From NCBI RefSeq assembly GCF_006345805.1, contig NC_043015.1:2728001-2792000 (forward strand): DNA of 64,000 nt. The letters are read 5' to 3'. The notes beneath the pieces were generated by a model that ran no database searches, was not told where the DNA came from, and saw nothing but the letters and a program-made list of their open reading frames with translations. This document shows, in pieces, positions 12,548 through 26,889 of this stretch. Positions within the stretch are counted from its first letter, which is position 1. The number at the start of each line of letters is the position of its first letter. Source of the DNA: Octopus sinensis (lineage: Eukaryota). The translations under genes and the position numbers were made by a program.

Positions 12548-15183
12548 ATATGTATATGTATATATACATGATAACAAGACAGTCAACGTGTGTAAATACC
12601 ATGAAAAGAGCTTACAGCAACACTCCTTTTACGATGTGGTTATTTGACATTCTCCATCTAATGTATATTATGGTATTGGAATCATGTGAAATGTCTTTTG
12701 TGTGTGTATTTCTGGGGATTTTGAGCTTCCGTATACTTGCTAGTTATGTGTAGAGGAAAGCAGCAGTATGATGAATTTTTAAGCGATATTTGCTTTACCA
12801 ATATCTTTGATCTCTAGTATTGTGACATTGCTAGAGGTGAGGGATTTTATTTCTAATATTGTGTTATGGACTCCTTTATAGAAGTAATGTCTCACCCGAA
12901 GAGCTTGCGTAACGTGTTCCAACGAACATCGCCTCAATGTAAAATCTACTTGAATAAATCATATATGTTTATAATGTTTACCGAAAAATGTAAGGATAGA
13001 TATTATAATGACGTAATATAAGCAATAAAAGCAACATCACAAATATACGCTGCATAAAATACATTACTGATATTCCCCTCTATTGCATATATCTGAAGCT
13101 ATATAATAAAATTGTTAAGGAAATATTACGGAGTAAATAGCTTTTGTGTTATGGCAGTGACAAGAAAACTCAACATTAAAAATATTAACTGACGCATTCG
13201 ACACAAGACGAATACCTGCGTACGCTGATTTACGCGCATTTGTAAATATAAATTGCTTGTCATGAGGGAGTAGACTGAATTGTTTATTATATAGAGAGAC
13301 TATAAAATGTGACGGTTTACAACAAATTCATATGAGAGAAATGGATATAAAACTATTTCGATATAGCGTCCACTCTTAAACAAAATATAATAGATATCCA
13401 AATCTTAGAATTTACCAACGATGGCATGAGTCTAGGTCCTACTGTTTACTTCTGATCTACATTTGGATGTTAAGATTAGAGTAATTCATAGGTGGATATT
13501 TCGTGTTATCTGTGAGCAGATTTCACTGAACACTGAAATGTTCCTCTCGTGAAAGTGCGGTAAAAAATGGCTGAGGTGACTACAAAAGAGTAATTTTGAT
13601 TATCGAGGCTATTGAGACTGTCGAAACGTTTCAGAAAGTACGTTGCTAAGCGATCCCCTGAGACTAGGTGTCTTTCACCTTCACTAATATATATTGGAAA
13701 TGGTGATTGCCTTTAGCATATTTGTAAGGCCTTCGTAATTCTGATCCACGTAGGAAATACAACTTCTATTAGCATTTATATTTTCTTTTAGCACTTCCTT
13801 TCCTTCTAATTATTCGTCAGTTGGTCTCAGGGGTCTGGGGTTTCACCTGTTCTACTTCCATGGGAATTATGTATTTGAGACAACGCCAGCGAATAAGCTA
13901 AACAAAGATGTATAGCCCCTATTGCAGATATCCAATTTAAAATATTTCTGGCCGCCTCGATTTTTCTGCTATCTCTCACCGCCACTCATATATGATATTG
14001 ACCTGTCGGCTTTGCACAATCCTTCAAATTCTCCGCTAACATTAATAAGTGACACTAAAGTTCATTACATTCTCATGAACAATAATCCATTACAATCTAG
14101 ACAAATGGCGGTAGAAAAGCCGTGGATTTTAACCACGCATTCTGGACGCTACGGAATGAACGGGCCTACAAAAATGTTGTTTTTTTTCACCTCTACGTAT
14201 TTTTACTTATTTTACACCAAACGTATCAAATTGCTATTCAGACTTCGAAAATGTCGGTAATAAGGCTATACGCAGTCATCTCTGTTATTAATGCATTCAT
14301 CAGCTCCAAATGCACCCCATTTTATGTCTATAATTATGCTAAACCGATCTGGAAAACAGTTTAACACAGCGGCTACTCCTGCTGTTGCTTTCACTTCATT
14401 GTGAAGCTAAACTTATCGTGGCACTTTGCACAAATCGTCCTCCTGGAACCTAAGCATCCAACGTGTTTTACATCTCTCTGGTTGTAGGGAAATGGCGACA
14501 CAGATAAGGAATTTTTGATTTTCATAAAGTTGGCCCAAATGTTGGACACAATCCATGAGATATGTCTGAGAACATATCACTATCTTTATCTACATTCGAT
14601 TCTCTTGCAAATTTAAATACATATGGCGAGGTTTAAAATGATTATTATGTGTGTAGATTTCAAATTGCTATACGATAACATTTGTAGATTCGACATTATG
14701 TTTTCGACCCTCAAAGAAAAAATATATAAATTCGGCAACATAAAGTTAACGAGGTCAAGTGGCAATTTTCATTTGATCTAACAATGTTTACTTGATTTAA
14801 GCGTGATCGGTGTGTCATCTATATAACTTAGAGATCTCCGACATATTTTATAATCCATGCAGATTTAGTAGAAACGTCTTCTGTTAATGACACCAGTTAA
14901 TAGTACATTTATAATGTTAGAGGTTTAAGCATAACTCATTACTCTCGATCTTTAATAATATGTCATGCATAAAATTCAATTATAAGTTAAGTGGAAATTA
15001 ATATATAAAATTTCCATATAATAATTACGATTTGTCTTCATATATTTTCTGTGCGTAGGTTATGAAGTTGTTTGTAACTGCGTTAGTTAAATGTAAGTAA
15101 TGACAAACAAATCGCCTCTATACTTTTGTCGTCGTTTGGAAGTATTTTATCCGTCAGCTTCAAACTGGAAGGTGCATACTTTT

Positions 15184-16387
15184 CTAGGTAGAATCAAATA
15201 ATTCCCAGAATAGTTCTGTAGCGCACCAACAAATGACAGGGCGCGGTTTCGGGCATAGTGTGAGCCAGCAGTAATCTTCATGAGGTAGTGTGCCTAGTCA
15301 CATTATTGTGTTTACTTCGCAAGTTCTGAAATTGTACTCTGAAACATTGTAATGACGGACAGTAGGAACAACGATACAACGTGAAATTTGCATTAAATTA
15401 TTTGGCAAGTCAACTACAAAGTCATTGAGTATACTTTGGGGATGAGGAAATACGTCATATGCTATGTCTTGAATGGCACAGGCGCTTCAAAACCGGAAGA
15501 GCTTCCATGGAAGAGGATGAGGGACATGGAAGAACAACCATGAGCGTCACCCACGGAAGTGTGGAAAAAATTCATCAACTTGTGCATAAGGAGCCTCGGA
15601 TGACAATCAATATTATTAGTCTGTCCTGTGGGTTCGAGCAGGCAAGCTAAACATCTGAATTGAACATGTGACATGTCTCTGCTAAGTTTGTTCCCCGCCT
15701 GCTGACCACTGAGCAGAAGGAACATGGTGTCGAATCTGTTAAGATCACTTTCATTGTGTCGCTGATGACCCATCATGAAAAGGAAGTTCAGAGGTGAAAA
15801 GAGTTGGATCTAGGGATACGACGTTAAGACGAAGCAGCATTCGTTACAATGGAAGTAGCGTTCATCTCCACGAACAATAATGATAAGACAGAAATGAAGC
15901 TGGACCAAGGCATGCGCATATTTTGTTCTCGTCTTCCGCGGTATTGTGCATCGAGAATGTGCCTATCCCGCACCCAGGGCCGGGCCGTCAATCGAGAGAT
16001 TTACTGCGACATTTGAAAGCTTAGAGCGAGTGTATTCGTCGAAAGCGCCCTGATCTGTGTAGAATTTGGATTGTTTGCAAGGATAGTGCATCCTGTCAGC
16101 GAGCTCTCCTCCCTCGTGAGTTTATCACCAAAAACATCATGGCATCGCAACCGTACACACCCTATTCGCCAAATTTAGCCCTTGCTAAAAGTGTCGCCGT
16201 TTTAACACCGTTGTCGAGATCCAAACAATTATTCGCAGATGGTCCACCACTCACTTACGGGAAACGACTGATATACCACTACGTAAATTGACTGATCTAC
16301 GTAAAGGAGATGATGCGAAAAGTTAGATAAATAAGTTATTTTTTATTAAATATAGGTAATCCAGAAACCCTTTGATATTGTCTCGTA
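15184..16387 (+). mobile_element. Decayed mariner (Tc1/mariner) DNA transposon
   Basis: Frameshifted transposase motifs AKFVPRLLTTEQKEH, GEKSWI*GYDVKTKQ..QWK, IRRKRPDL and PYSPNLA. Degenerate terminal inverted repeats at about 15184-15210 and 16358-16385. Confidence 0.85.
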
Positions 16388-17589
16388 TATATTACTTTCA
16401 CATAATATTTTTACTCGTCAAAATAGTATAATACGGAAAATAAACACCTTGTATGGCTTGATTACCATTGTTTACATCCAGTTGGAATCGAATATGCTTT
16501 TTAATATTTCGCATTTGTTCGGCAAAGTTCTGACAAAATGATATTTATAAGGGTACTGAATCATATATGTAGATTTGTTTTCAATATGTAAAGTTATAAG
16601 TAATTAAGAATTCAATATTCTCAAAGTATTTGTTTCACTAACATACAAGGGGGTAATAAATTTCGCATAAAATGTTCCTAATGAAGCGAAAAATAAATAA
16701 AGTAATGGCTTGAAAACAGTTGTTTTACACGGTTTTCTTGATGTTGTTGATAGATATATTTTGAAGAAGGGTCTGAAAAAAGTTATGATAAAATATATCA
16801 AATATTAACATTGTATACACCAATCTTCGTGAAAACCACATGTTCATCTTCTTGCGAGTATCTTATGAATAACTACATTAAATACGCGCACCTAGATACA
16901 GATGCGCATATATCCCTATATTTGACAGTACGTGTTACAAAAACATATCCTTGTGTTGTATCACACATTATTTTATAAGGAAATTATTTTATTTCCCACT
17001 ATATTGTTATATCAACTACTGCAACGTCAAGTAAATCGTATGATTTAAAATAACGCAGAGACTCGCAACTGATATTTATTTGCAACCTTCTCCGCAGACC
17101 AACATTATCCAGTTTAGAGAGAATTACGACCTAAATCGGAAAATTGGCATCTCACAAGATATCCGATGAAAACGAAGGAAACAGGAATATAATGGTATAA
17201 TATTATTTAGAAGTTGTTGATCAACATAACCTCACCAGCCAGGAAAATTTCTTAGCGCACGAAAATAAAGTGATATATTATTGGAGAAGTTTTGTTGGCT
17301 ACGTTATTGAAGTGGCTATTACACACAGGATTATTGTCTCATAATTCTTCTAATGTTTAGACCCATCATTTATAACGCCAGTCTGTATAGCAGGAAAACT
17401 GAATTTTTTGCTGGTGCTCACAAGAAATCTGTGTAAACATAGAATCAAATATATATATATATATATATATGGCTAAACATTTGCATATATGCGTATATAT
17501 AAATAGAGATGTAGACATACATATACACCCACACATATATACATATATACATATATACACAAACATAGACACACACACAATCACACACA

Positions 17590-17649
<60 letters not shown>

Positions 17650-17885
17650 AAAAAGAAATGATTAGCTGAGATATTTATATCTTCAGATCAGCAACATTTC
17701 CATTTGTGTAACAAAAAATATGTATCATCTTGAATGTCCGAGAAAATCACATTAATATTAGCGAACACATAACTATTGGATTCGTCTGTAGTAGTTATTT
17801 TCTTTTTTATTTCTTAAATCTATATTTTACTTTGCATGAAGCAGAAAAATATATCTGTTATATTTCATCTTTTATCTTTTACTTA

Positions 17886-17950
17886 TTTCTGTATTTTGAC
17901 TGTGGTCATGCTGGGGCATCGACTTCTAAGATTTTAGTGGAACAAATCAA
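17886..17950 (-). mobile_element. 3' tail fragment of a C-like SINE
   Basis: gactgtggtcatgctggggcatcg matches the family C tail (gactgcggccatgctggagcacc). Confidence 0.6.
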
Positions 17951-18005
17951 CAATATACGTCAGTTTTTTCGGAAATCTTACTTACGCTGACGCAAACATA
18001 CTAAC

Positions 18006-18049
18006 CACAACGTTTCGGCAGATGTGCCCTCCAGGCTTCATCAGGTGTC
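18006..18049 (-). ncRNA. Minimal type-I hammerhead ribozyme motif, stem II degenerate
   Basis: gacac CTGATGA a gcctg..ctgcc GAA ACGT T gtg: intact core, palindromic ACGU stem III, 3-bp stem I, two mismatches in stem II. Confidence 0.6.
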
Positions 18050-18099
18050 TTGGGGAAATTTCGAACGCGAAATCTCATTCCTAAGGTGTTTTCGATGCC

Positions 18100-18320
<221 letters not shown>

Positions 18321-18525
18321 AATTGTTCATGCCACTGCCTGGAATCGCCCCCGCTCTTAACTACTACGTCATATGTCTGTGGGCAATTATGGAGTGAATT
18401 TGAGGGCTTATAAATCTAATATTTTCCTATCTTCATCCAAGCCAGGTGGTATTAGCTTTCAGTCCGAAGCCAGATCTCGACTCCGTACCAATTAGATAAT
18501 ACAGTTCTATATTTAATTTCCCCAT

Positions 18526-18569
18526 ACACCAGACGAAGGCTGCAGGGTCTATCGGCTGAAACGTTGTGT
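18526..18569 (+). ncRNA. Hammerhead motif with a mutated core (CAGACGA), probably inactive
   Basis: acac CAGACGA a ggctg..cggct GAA ACGT T gtgt: stems I and II pair, core U4 is changed to A. Confidence 0.5.
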
Positions 18570-19436
18570 TAACAACAAACAAGATGAGGGCGAATATCCG
18601 TCAAATGTAAATAATGTACATAATTCCTAATCTCTTAAATACAGAACTGTAATACATAATTATGTTGGCAAATGAAGTTTTTGAAATGGATTTAAATTGA
18701 TGAGAAAAAATTAATTTTTAATAACTAATCACTTAATGATATTATAGTAACACTCAATATATGATAAATGAAAAATTATAAAAATCAATGTGACAAGTGT
18801 TGTTAAATATCCTTCCCTAGCAACGTCATTCCGTCACGTATGTATGATCATCGATTACATCGAAATATGTTCTTATGGTAGTATTTTATCAGAATATATA
18901 GCGTAGTAAGATAACAAGCCTTTACGTATGTAACAAAAATAATGTAACTTAGAACAGACTGCGTGACTTCCGATATCAAATCTGACATGACATTTTAAAC
19001 CTCGGTCTCCCTGTATTGTTATATTTGAAGTGGTGAGACTTGACAGATGAAAGCAAGCGTTGCAATATATACATATATGCCTGCAAAAATACATAGATAT
19101 ATGCGCACACACACATATGAATATATACATACAAATATACATATATATGTCTACATATATATATAGCAATATATAGGGTATATATATTCATACACACCCA
19201 CACATCTTTCGTGGGGTGTTTTACGATCTGTTTTTGCGGCTTCATATCAATTTCGTATTATATGTGTCCGTTTAGATCATATTAAATTATGTTTTCCATC
19301 GTAGATATTGTAAGTGTATTCTTTAACTAAGACATTTGAATAAAACTGTTATACGACTTCTTATAATAGCACTATTTTTATGTTTAAGAGTCAGGTTTCT
19401 TATGTCCTGTACATTCTGATTTTGCCTTTGCCGTAG

Positions 19437-19455
19437 TTGTTGTTGTTATTATTAC

Positions 19456-19542
<87 letters not shown>

Positions 19543-19602
19543 TTATTATTATTATTATTATTATCGTTATTATTATTGTCATCGTTATTATTATTATTAT
19601 TA

Positions 19603-19646
<44 letters not shown>

Positions 19647-19867
19647 GTTATCTTTATTATTATTATTGTTGTTGTTGTTGTTGTTATTATTAGTATTATT
19701 TTTATAATTAACATGTGTAGTAGCGGCGGCAGCATCAGTGGCTTCCTCGTCATCAGCATCCCCATCATCAGCAGCAGAAACCACATTAGTAGCAGCTGTA
19801 GTAGCATCAGCAGTAGTAGTTACAGCAGCAACAGTAGCAACAGCTGTAGTATTAGTATTATTATTAT

Positions 19868-19902
<35 letters not shown>

Positions 19903-19950
19903 ATAGTAGTAGTAGTAGTAGTAGTAGTAGTTGTTGTTGTTGTTGTTGTG
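19437..19950. repeat. Long compound trinucleotide microsatellite (ATT/GTT/AGC/AGT)
   Basis: Direct reading. Source of the poly-L/Y/I/S ORFs. Confidence 0.95.
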
Positions 19951-20465
19951 ATGTTACTGGAGTACGAAATGTATGCGTATTCGACTGCGGTGCGTCAAGT
20001 GTGTTGCATTTCTATCGTAACTGCTGCATTTAAACGAGGCCGGATTTATCTTTTATGTTTTTCATGCGATATGATAATTACCAGTCGAGCACAATAGTCG
20101 ATTTAATCAAATAACATCGCCCCTAAATATTTCAGTCCCTGTACCTATAATAGTTGTTATTTTTTTTCAATCCCATTGCTTTTGTTTTTGTCTAATCATT
20201 ATCAGTAAAATCGCCATATTTCCAAGATTATGGTTTGAGCTTCTTACATACTCCATTAGATGTTTCGTAGTGACACTGATTCGAGAACAGACTTGTTGAT
20301 ATATACTTAGTAGAAAATTTTATGCGATTTGTCTTCGTTGGCTAATTAGTTTATGTGTGCATTATCATGTACTTTATGCTTCATTGTTTGGTACGGCTTA
20401 ATAAAGTGAGATTCAGTGGAGAACGTAGATAATGAGTGTTAATAATCTCTGGGAGCCTAATTTTA

Positions 20466-20672
20466 TAGATGGGAAGCTTTACGAAAATAAACAAAAGGCG
20501 AAGGCAGATGGAGTACAAACAAACAATTGCATTTAGTATGGCGCACAGGAATAGAAATAAAACAAGTCTATTACGTTTCGAGTCTACGCTCTTCAACAGA
20601 AAGATACACAGAAAAGAAACACGGGGAGAAACAAGGAGAGAAAAAAAATGCGTGCAGGAGCTAACGATTCAA
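20466..20672 (-). mobile_element. About 210-bp interspersed element carrying a variant hammerhead (20567-20604)
   Basis: Reverse complement aligns with 61108-61310. Motif tcttt CTGTTGA a gagc gtag actc GAA ACGT A ataga. Confidence 0.75.
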
Positions 20673-21953
20673 TCCTATATTCTACCAATACCACTACCAA
20701 ATCTTACCTCAGCATTGTATTTATTTTACCTCCTGGATACTTACCTCTGGCTGCACCTCTCTTTCACGATCAAAGTGACTTTGTTATTAAGTTTATAGAT
20801 ATTGGTTATCTGCATGCTGGACGAAACGGGAAATGCACAAATGTTACTGAATTTAAAATCTTATATATAAGATACATGTATAAAATCGGACTGCTGTTTA
20901 GAATGCGTCACGGTATATTTCATTTGGGATTCAATCATTTATGATACTGATTTATTTCCTCATCTCACTTTCAATAAATTCCTTCATTTGCAACACACAG
21001 GAAGAGAGGGTCACTATTTTTTCTGAAAATGAAGGAGCATATCATACCTCCCGATTCTTGCGATATTCATGAGACGTTTTATTACTTCGCGGCTTTTAGA
21101 TTCTCCTAAATATATTTGCTCTTTAATGTTCGAAAGTATATTTAAATTCAAGAATATATTTCTCAGCAGATACACTGCATTTACATGCTAGTGTAAAGTG
21201 AATTATATTCCTTTGTCACAAATTTTTGATATTTATTTCCCAAATCATAGCGGTAAAACTTTGACTATGTTCATGTAAAATGATTTCGCTTCATTATACT
21301 TGATTGAAATATCTAAGAGATTACGTTAATACCTTGATTTCGTCTCATATTTCCGAACTATATATAGTGGTCGTCTTTTTATGCAATATATTCTGTATAA
21401 CTTTACGTTACATATTTAGTCGTAATGTGTAATTATATTAGACATATTCCAACATTTGTTATTGGAAATATAGATCCATAATACCTTTATTTGTGTTGCA
21501 CATTATAAAGGCTGCCATTAATTATCATATTTCTCAGTCTGATAGTATTAAAACATAGACTTCTGATTTTATCAGAATAATTATATAAATTATTTCTAAC
21601 ATAGGTAATGTATTACAAAGAATTGTGTTAGATATGTATTGAAACGTACGTGTCTTATGCAATTCTACTGCGATTGTCTCATCGGTAATTCATTCAATGT
21701 TTTATTTTCAATAGTTTTCGGCCGCTTATCTTAATTCATATGAATATCTATGTTATTCCGATGCACACATTGCATTTATGTGTTTGAAACCGTCTTTAAA
21801 ATCACTGAACATGTCTGCACGACGCCAGATATGCGAAGCTATTGGATATCTATGTGATTTGAATCTATTGAATCTATTCCGAATCCCTGTGGAGTTATAC
21901 TAAGACATGTTGAGTGATACGAAGAGCTTCACAGAATTAGACTTTTCAAAATA

Positions 21954-22019
21954 CACACAACGATATAGACACACGCACACAACGATATAGACACACGCAC
22001 ACAGTGATATAGACACACT
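21954..22019. repeat. 22-bp minisatellite, three units
   Basis: cacacaacgatatagacacacg twice plus a diverged third unit. Confidence 0.85.
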
Positions 22020-22351
22020 TACAGACACGTGCATTCACAAACACAAACACATATACACTGAGGGAGAGAGAGAAGTTTGACAATATATTATGTAATTTAA
22101 TAAAAACAAACCAGATCTCAAAAATGTTCAACAGCATTTTAATAAATATGTGGAAGCATATTATGATAAAATTTTCGTATAAGGCTATTCCATAAATTAG
22201 CTTTCGGTAGACCCACTTAACACGCTGTCGCCATAGCATTGCAAAGACATCCGAAAGGTATGTACAAATTATCAATGCGTTTCCAACTCTAGTTTTATAG
22301 CGCCATTCCTTGTATGCATACATACACACATCTATTTATATGCGTATGCTC

Positions 22352-22383
<32 letters not shown>

Positions 22384-22449
22384 TGTGTGTGTGTGTGTGT
22401 GTGTGTATGTGTGTCTGTGTGTGTGTGCGTGTGTTTGTAACTATATATA

Positions 22450-23278
22450 TATAGGATAGAGTTTTCGAAAAACATTCTATCAATGGCCAGCATATTAAAA
22501 AATACCTTTATTGGTTAAATTTATAAACAATTTATACGTAAGGGCAAAAGGAACATTTATAATGCCAAATTATGCCGAAAATACCCACTGCGTCAATAAC
22601 CATGTAATTTATAACTACAAGCACGTGTTTCAAAGAAAGCCGACAGAAATTTCTAAAAAATTCCGTTATTACCATATCGGACCCGATTTCAGAGTCAGTT
22701 CATAAGAACCTTCTCTTCAGCAGTGATAAATGCGGTAAAGAAATAAGTGATATACTTACCTATACCCATGGAAGAAGCGAGCACTAAGGCATGAGCATAA
22801 TTAAGTACCCCAAATATATCCAAAATAGAAATTCTCTAGCACACCTCGAGGCACGTGCGATTCCAACCGAACAGCTCACCTAAAGTAAGAGAGTCCGGAA
22901 GTGAACTCTATTAAATTAACATCTAATATAGGATAGAGTTTTCGAAACAAATTCTATCAATGGCCAGTATATTAGAAAATACCTTTATAGCTTAAATTTA
23001 TAAACAAGTTATACGTAAGGGAAAAAGAAAGATTTCTAATTCCAAAATATGCCGAAAATAGACACTGCGTCAATAACCAAGTAATTTATCACTACAAGTA
23101 CGTGTTTCAAAGACAGCCGACAGAAATCTCTAAAAAATTTCGTTATTACCATATCGGACCCTATTTCAGAGATATTTTGGATATATTTGGGGTACTTAAT
23201 TGTGCTCGTTGTTTAGTGCTCGCTTTTTCCATGGCTATAGGTAAGTATTTCACTTATTTCTTTATCGCATTTATCACT
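22450..23278 (-). mobile_element. Non-autonomous PLE-like element: direct repeats plus inverted segment plus hammerhead
   Basis: About 245-bp direct repeats at 22450-22694 and 22927-23171. Segment 22722-22827 is repeated inverted at 23173-23278. HHR-like motif at 22666-22729. Confidence 0.75.
22666..22729 (-). ncRNA. Type-I hammerhead-like motif with a 12-nt near-palindromic stem III
   Basis: ttatcactg CTGAAGA gaaggttc ttat gaactgactct GAA ATCGGGTCCGAT A tggtaataa. Stem I is 9 bp with one mismatch and two wobbles. The base of stem II is imperfect. Confidence 0.55.
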
Positions 23279-23409
23279 AAGAGCACAGTGCACAACTCGG
23301 TCCACACACTGCAATCACGGTATTGTGATCGTGAGTGTGTCAGCCTAATAAGTAGGATACGCGATTTCACCAATATTTAAGCAATGGTTTCAAATATTTT
23401 AGTCAAATA

Positions 23410-23578
23410 TTTTAAAGGAAGGCGGAAGGCGACCCCAGTACTTAACTGGTACTTATTTTATCGAAAGGATGGCAGACAACCTCGACCTCATCTGAATTTG
23501 AACTCAGAACGTAAAGGTGAACAGAACTCCGCTAAAAATTTGCCTGAAGTTGTAAGTATTCTGCCAGTTCGCCGCGTT
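23410..23578 (-). mobile_element. Diverged A-related SINE
   Basis: gaccccagtacttaactggtacttattttatcgaaaggat..tttgaactcagaacgta..ctgccagttcgccgc is the reverse complement of the family A head and body. Confidence 0.75.
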
Positions 23579-25396
23579 GTATGATGTGAATGTAATTATA
23601 CTAACAATATGTTGTATGGTTTCAAAATCTAAACGAAACTAAGACAGTAATGCATCGAAAATTTTTATAACTAGATTATCTTCGATTTTTATATTCATAA
23701 CGTGTCTTTTAAACATAACCAGGTGTATTTGAAGTACAAGGGGATATTTATGATCGATATGTCTCAATGTAGATCACGAGTAATTTCATTTTCTCAAACA
23801 GTAATTTTGGTGTATTCCAATATCAATGTGTGTTGTTCTGTACTACTTTAATCCTGACATTACCGTTCCTTATGCGAAGATTGTATACTGGTTTCTAACA
23901 CTTGGAGTACCAATGTCGGGTATTCATATTTTGTGTCCTTCAAAGAATTTCAAGAGACAAACACGATGGATCTGATCATTTTCATTGATGCGTTATTGTG
24001 TGAAATATGCATGGAAAAGCAAGCAAAGTTTACATCGCCTGAATTTCAAGAAAGAATCCAAACGATTGATCCGAAATATTGTACAAAAGATTGCGTCAAA
24101 ACATACGTAATAATTACCAGATGCCAATTAGTATCAATTCATCACGTTACTCCACAGTCTATAATAAGTTGCCTATGCTCTTTCTCACACATGAATTCAG
24201 CGTTCTACATTTCCAAAAATGAACGTCTGACGATCAATTAGTAATTATGGAAATCGTAGAAGGGGAACAGTTTTACTGATTTATAGTGAAATGTTTGGCG
24301 AAGAGATTGCTCCTGTGTGTTCAAGTAGGGAACTTTATTTGGCAGATGTCGTTGTGTACGCTGTAGTCGAGAAATAGTCAGTTTATTATTTCATAAGTAT
24401 ATTTGCTTTAAACTTTAACTGTTGATCATTGTCGTCTCATACAACGTAAATATCCCAATTTAAACTTTAAGCGAAGTTAGCAACCATTTCTAAAACCTGA
24501 TGTGTCAATTAAATATTTTTTATGGCACGGGCATGTTTGGTCTTAATGTGAAATTGTGTTGAAGTCATATTTTATGCAAGCCTTGTAAAAGTCTTAATCA
24601 TATATCATTTGTCGGGTTCTCTATGTAGTGACTATTATTTTGCGAGTTGTTTCCTTATTAAAACGCCCATGCACTGTAAAATGATCTCATGAGTATTCAG
24701 TATATTTCTAGCATTCGTCGGGAAAATGCTGAACAATATATTGGCTTCGTCTAATGTTTTCATTTCAATAAAAAACACCACACTCATTTTCCATGAATTC
24801 AATGCTGGTCATAATTTTGTCAGTTAATGTTTACATTAGAAAACTCTAGTTGAAGTCGGAATTGGAATCTGTATCTCATGACTAGAAATAGAAATTTTAA
24901 AAAGTTTCTGCCTCTAACGTTTAAAGAATTGACGAAGTGAACACATACTACTAACAATAAAGTGTAATGAAATACACGGATAGGGATTTTCTAACCTCAT
25001 CTATAATGAAATTAGTAAGTGAACATAATATCATCGACTAGCACGTGCATCATGCCGTAACCAAACAAGGTAAAACCAAATGAAAGAAGGAAATCGTGTG
25101 TTAATGTGTTAAAGTGCTTGAAAAAAAACGTATAGAAGCGTAGATAATAAGTGAATATATGCCCGAGCCAAGATTCCAAAGCACAGAAGGGTTGATATCT
25201 AGTTAAACTAGATGCTCAGTAATGCTTCAACATGTCCATTCTAACTAATACTTTCGTGTCAATGATATGATTTAAATAACAACGCATGAGAGGTTGAGTA
25301 TACCTAATCATCCACTTCCACTACCATTTCGAATAATGTACACGTCAGTAAAACATTTCTTATAAACTGATATAAATATATGTTACTAGTCAAAGT

Positions 25397-25775
25397 GGAG
25401 GTGCAATGTCCCAGTGGTTAGGGCAGCGGACTCGCGGTCGTAGGATCGCGGTTTCGATTCCCAGACCGGGCGTTGTGAGTGTTTACTGAGCGAAAGCACC
25501 TAAAGCTCCACGAGGCTCCGGCAGGGATGGTGGTGATCCCTGCTGTACTCTTTCACCACAACTTTCTCTCACTCTTACTTCCTGTTTCTGTTGTACCTGT
25601 ATTTCAAAGGGCCGGCCTTGTCACTCTCTGTGTCACGCTGAATATCCCAGAGAACTACGTTAAGGGTACACGTGTCTGTGGAATGCTCAGCCACTTACAC
25701 GTTAATTTCACGAGCAGGCTGTTCCATTGATCGGATCAACCGGAACCCTCGTCGTCGTAACCGACGGAGTGCTTC
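25397..25775 (+). mobile_element. SINE family D, full length, young; tRNA-like head reminiscent of the tRNA-Arg-derived octopus OR-type SINEs
   Basis: A-box-like tgtcccagtggtt and B box gtttcgattcc, followed by an about 300-bp body shared with 44347-44527. The family name is from memory. Confidence 0.85.
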
Positions 25776-26453
25776 CATCCACAAGACAAATATACCAAAC
25801 GTAATCAATTTGTATTTTCATTCGCTATTGTAATACTACGCTTCTATTGCCTAATGCGGCAGGATATATTAATATACTTCAATCGTCTCATTAGATGCTA
25901 TACGAATTTTAAGTTCTTATGCAGCTTTATTTATATTTAGCTGACTGTTCTGAATCTCAGGATTACTTTTACAAAAATATGTCATATTCCGTACTTGTCT
26001 ACGTCATACTACATAACATAGCTAAGCACTTGATATGCGTAATCTATGTCGGAGTCAATTCAGCTGTAAAAACACACATACAAAAACGCATATCCATATG
26101 TACATAGCTATATGCACATAGCTATATGCACATGTACGTTTTATCTTCTATACAATTACTTCTGTCTATGTTTATGCATGAATGCATACACACTCACATA
26201 CACCCATCCACACGCACGCACACACACGCATATAGATACAGTAAAAGCAGCAGGTTAGTATACGGAATAATATTTTCATCTGCAACAATTTCTGCTATCC
26301 TTCTCATGACTGATTCACATATTATATTTTAAAGCAGACTTCGGAATTATCACTTGACTGCATTCAAGACACTAGAGCCTATATCTCCCTGTCGCTAAGG
26401 ACTTTTCAGTGTGATCACCTACTCCGCTTTATCTCCAGATGCATGTACATCTG

Positions 26454-26518
<65 letters not shown>

Positions 26519-26711
26519 GTTACTATCTCGCGCTCTCTCTCTCACTCTCTCTCACTCAATATGAATATATATATAAATATATATATATAAAGAGAAAGAG
26601 AGAGAGGAAAGCGAGTGAAATTGTGGGAGAGAGAGAGAGAGTGCAAACTATAATCCAAGAAATATATATATATATATATATATATGTTTATATATATATA
26701 TACACATACAT

Positions 26712-26886
<175 letters not shown>

Positions 26887-26889
26887 TAT

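Noticed and set aside
13922-14364. Non-repetitive ORFs in a GC-richer patch
   Set aside because: No recognisable domain, splice context or transposase motifs in any frame I translated.
19437-20097. Long poly-L/Y/I/S/V ORFs, also at 18024-18413, 33202-33630, 34430-34996 and 45913-46236
   Set aside because: Trinucleotide microsatellite translations with no domain content.
25397-25470. Apparent tRNA gene
   Set aside because: No proper acceptor-stem pairing, and it runs directly into a SINE body also found at 44347. It is a SINE head.
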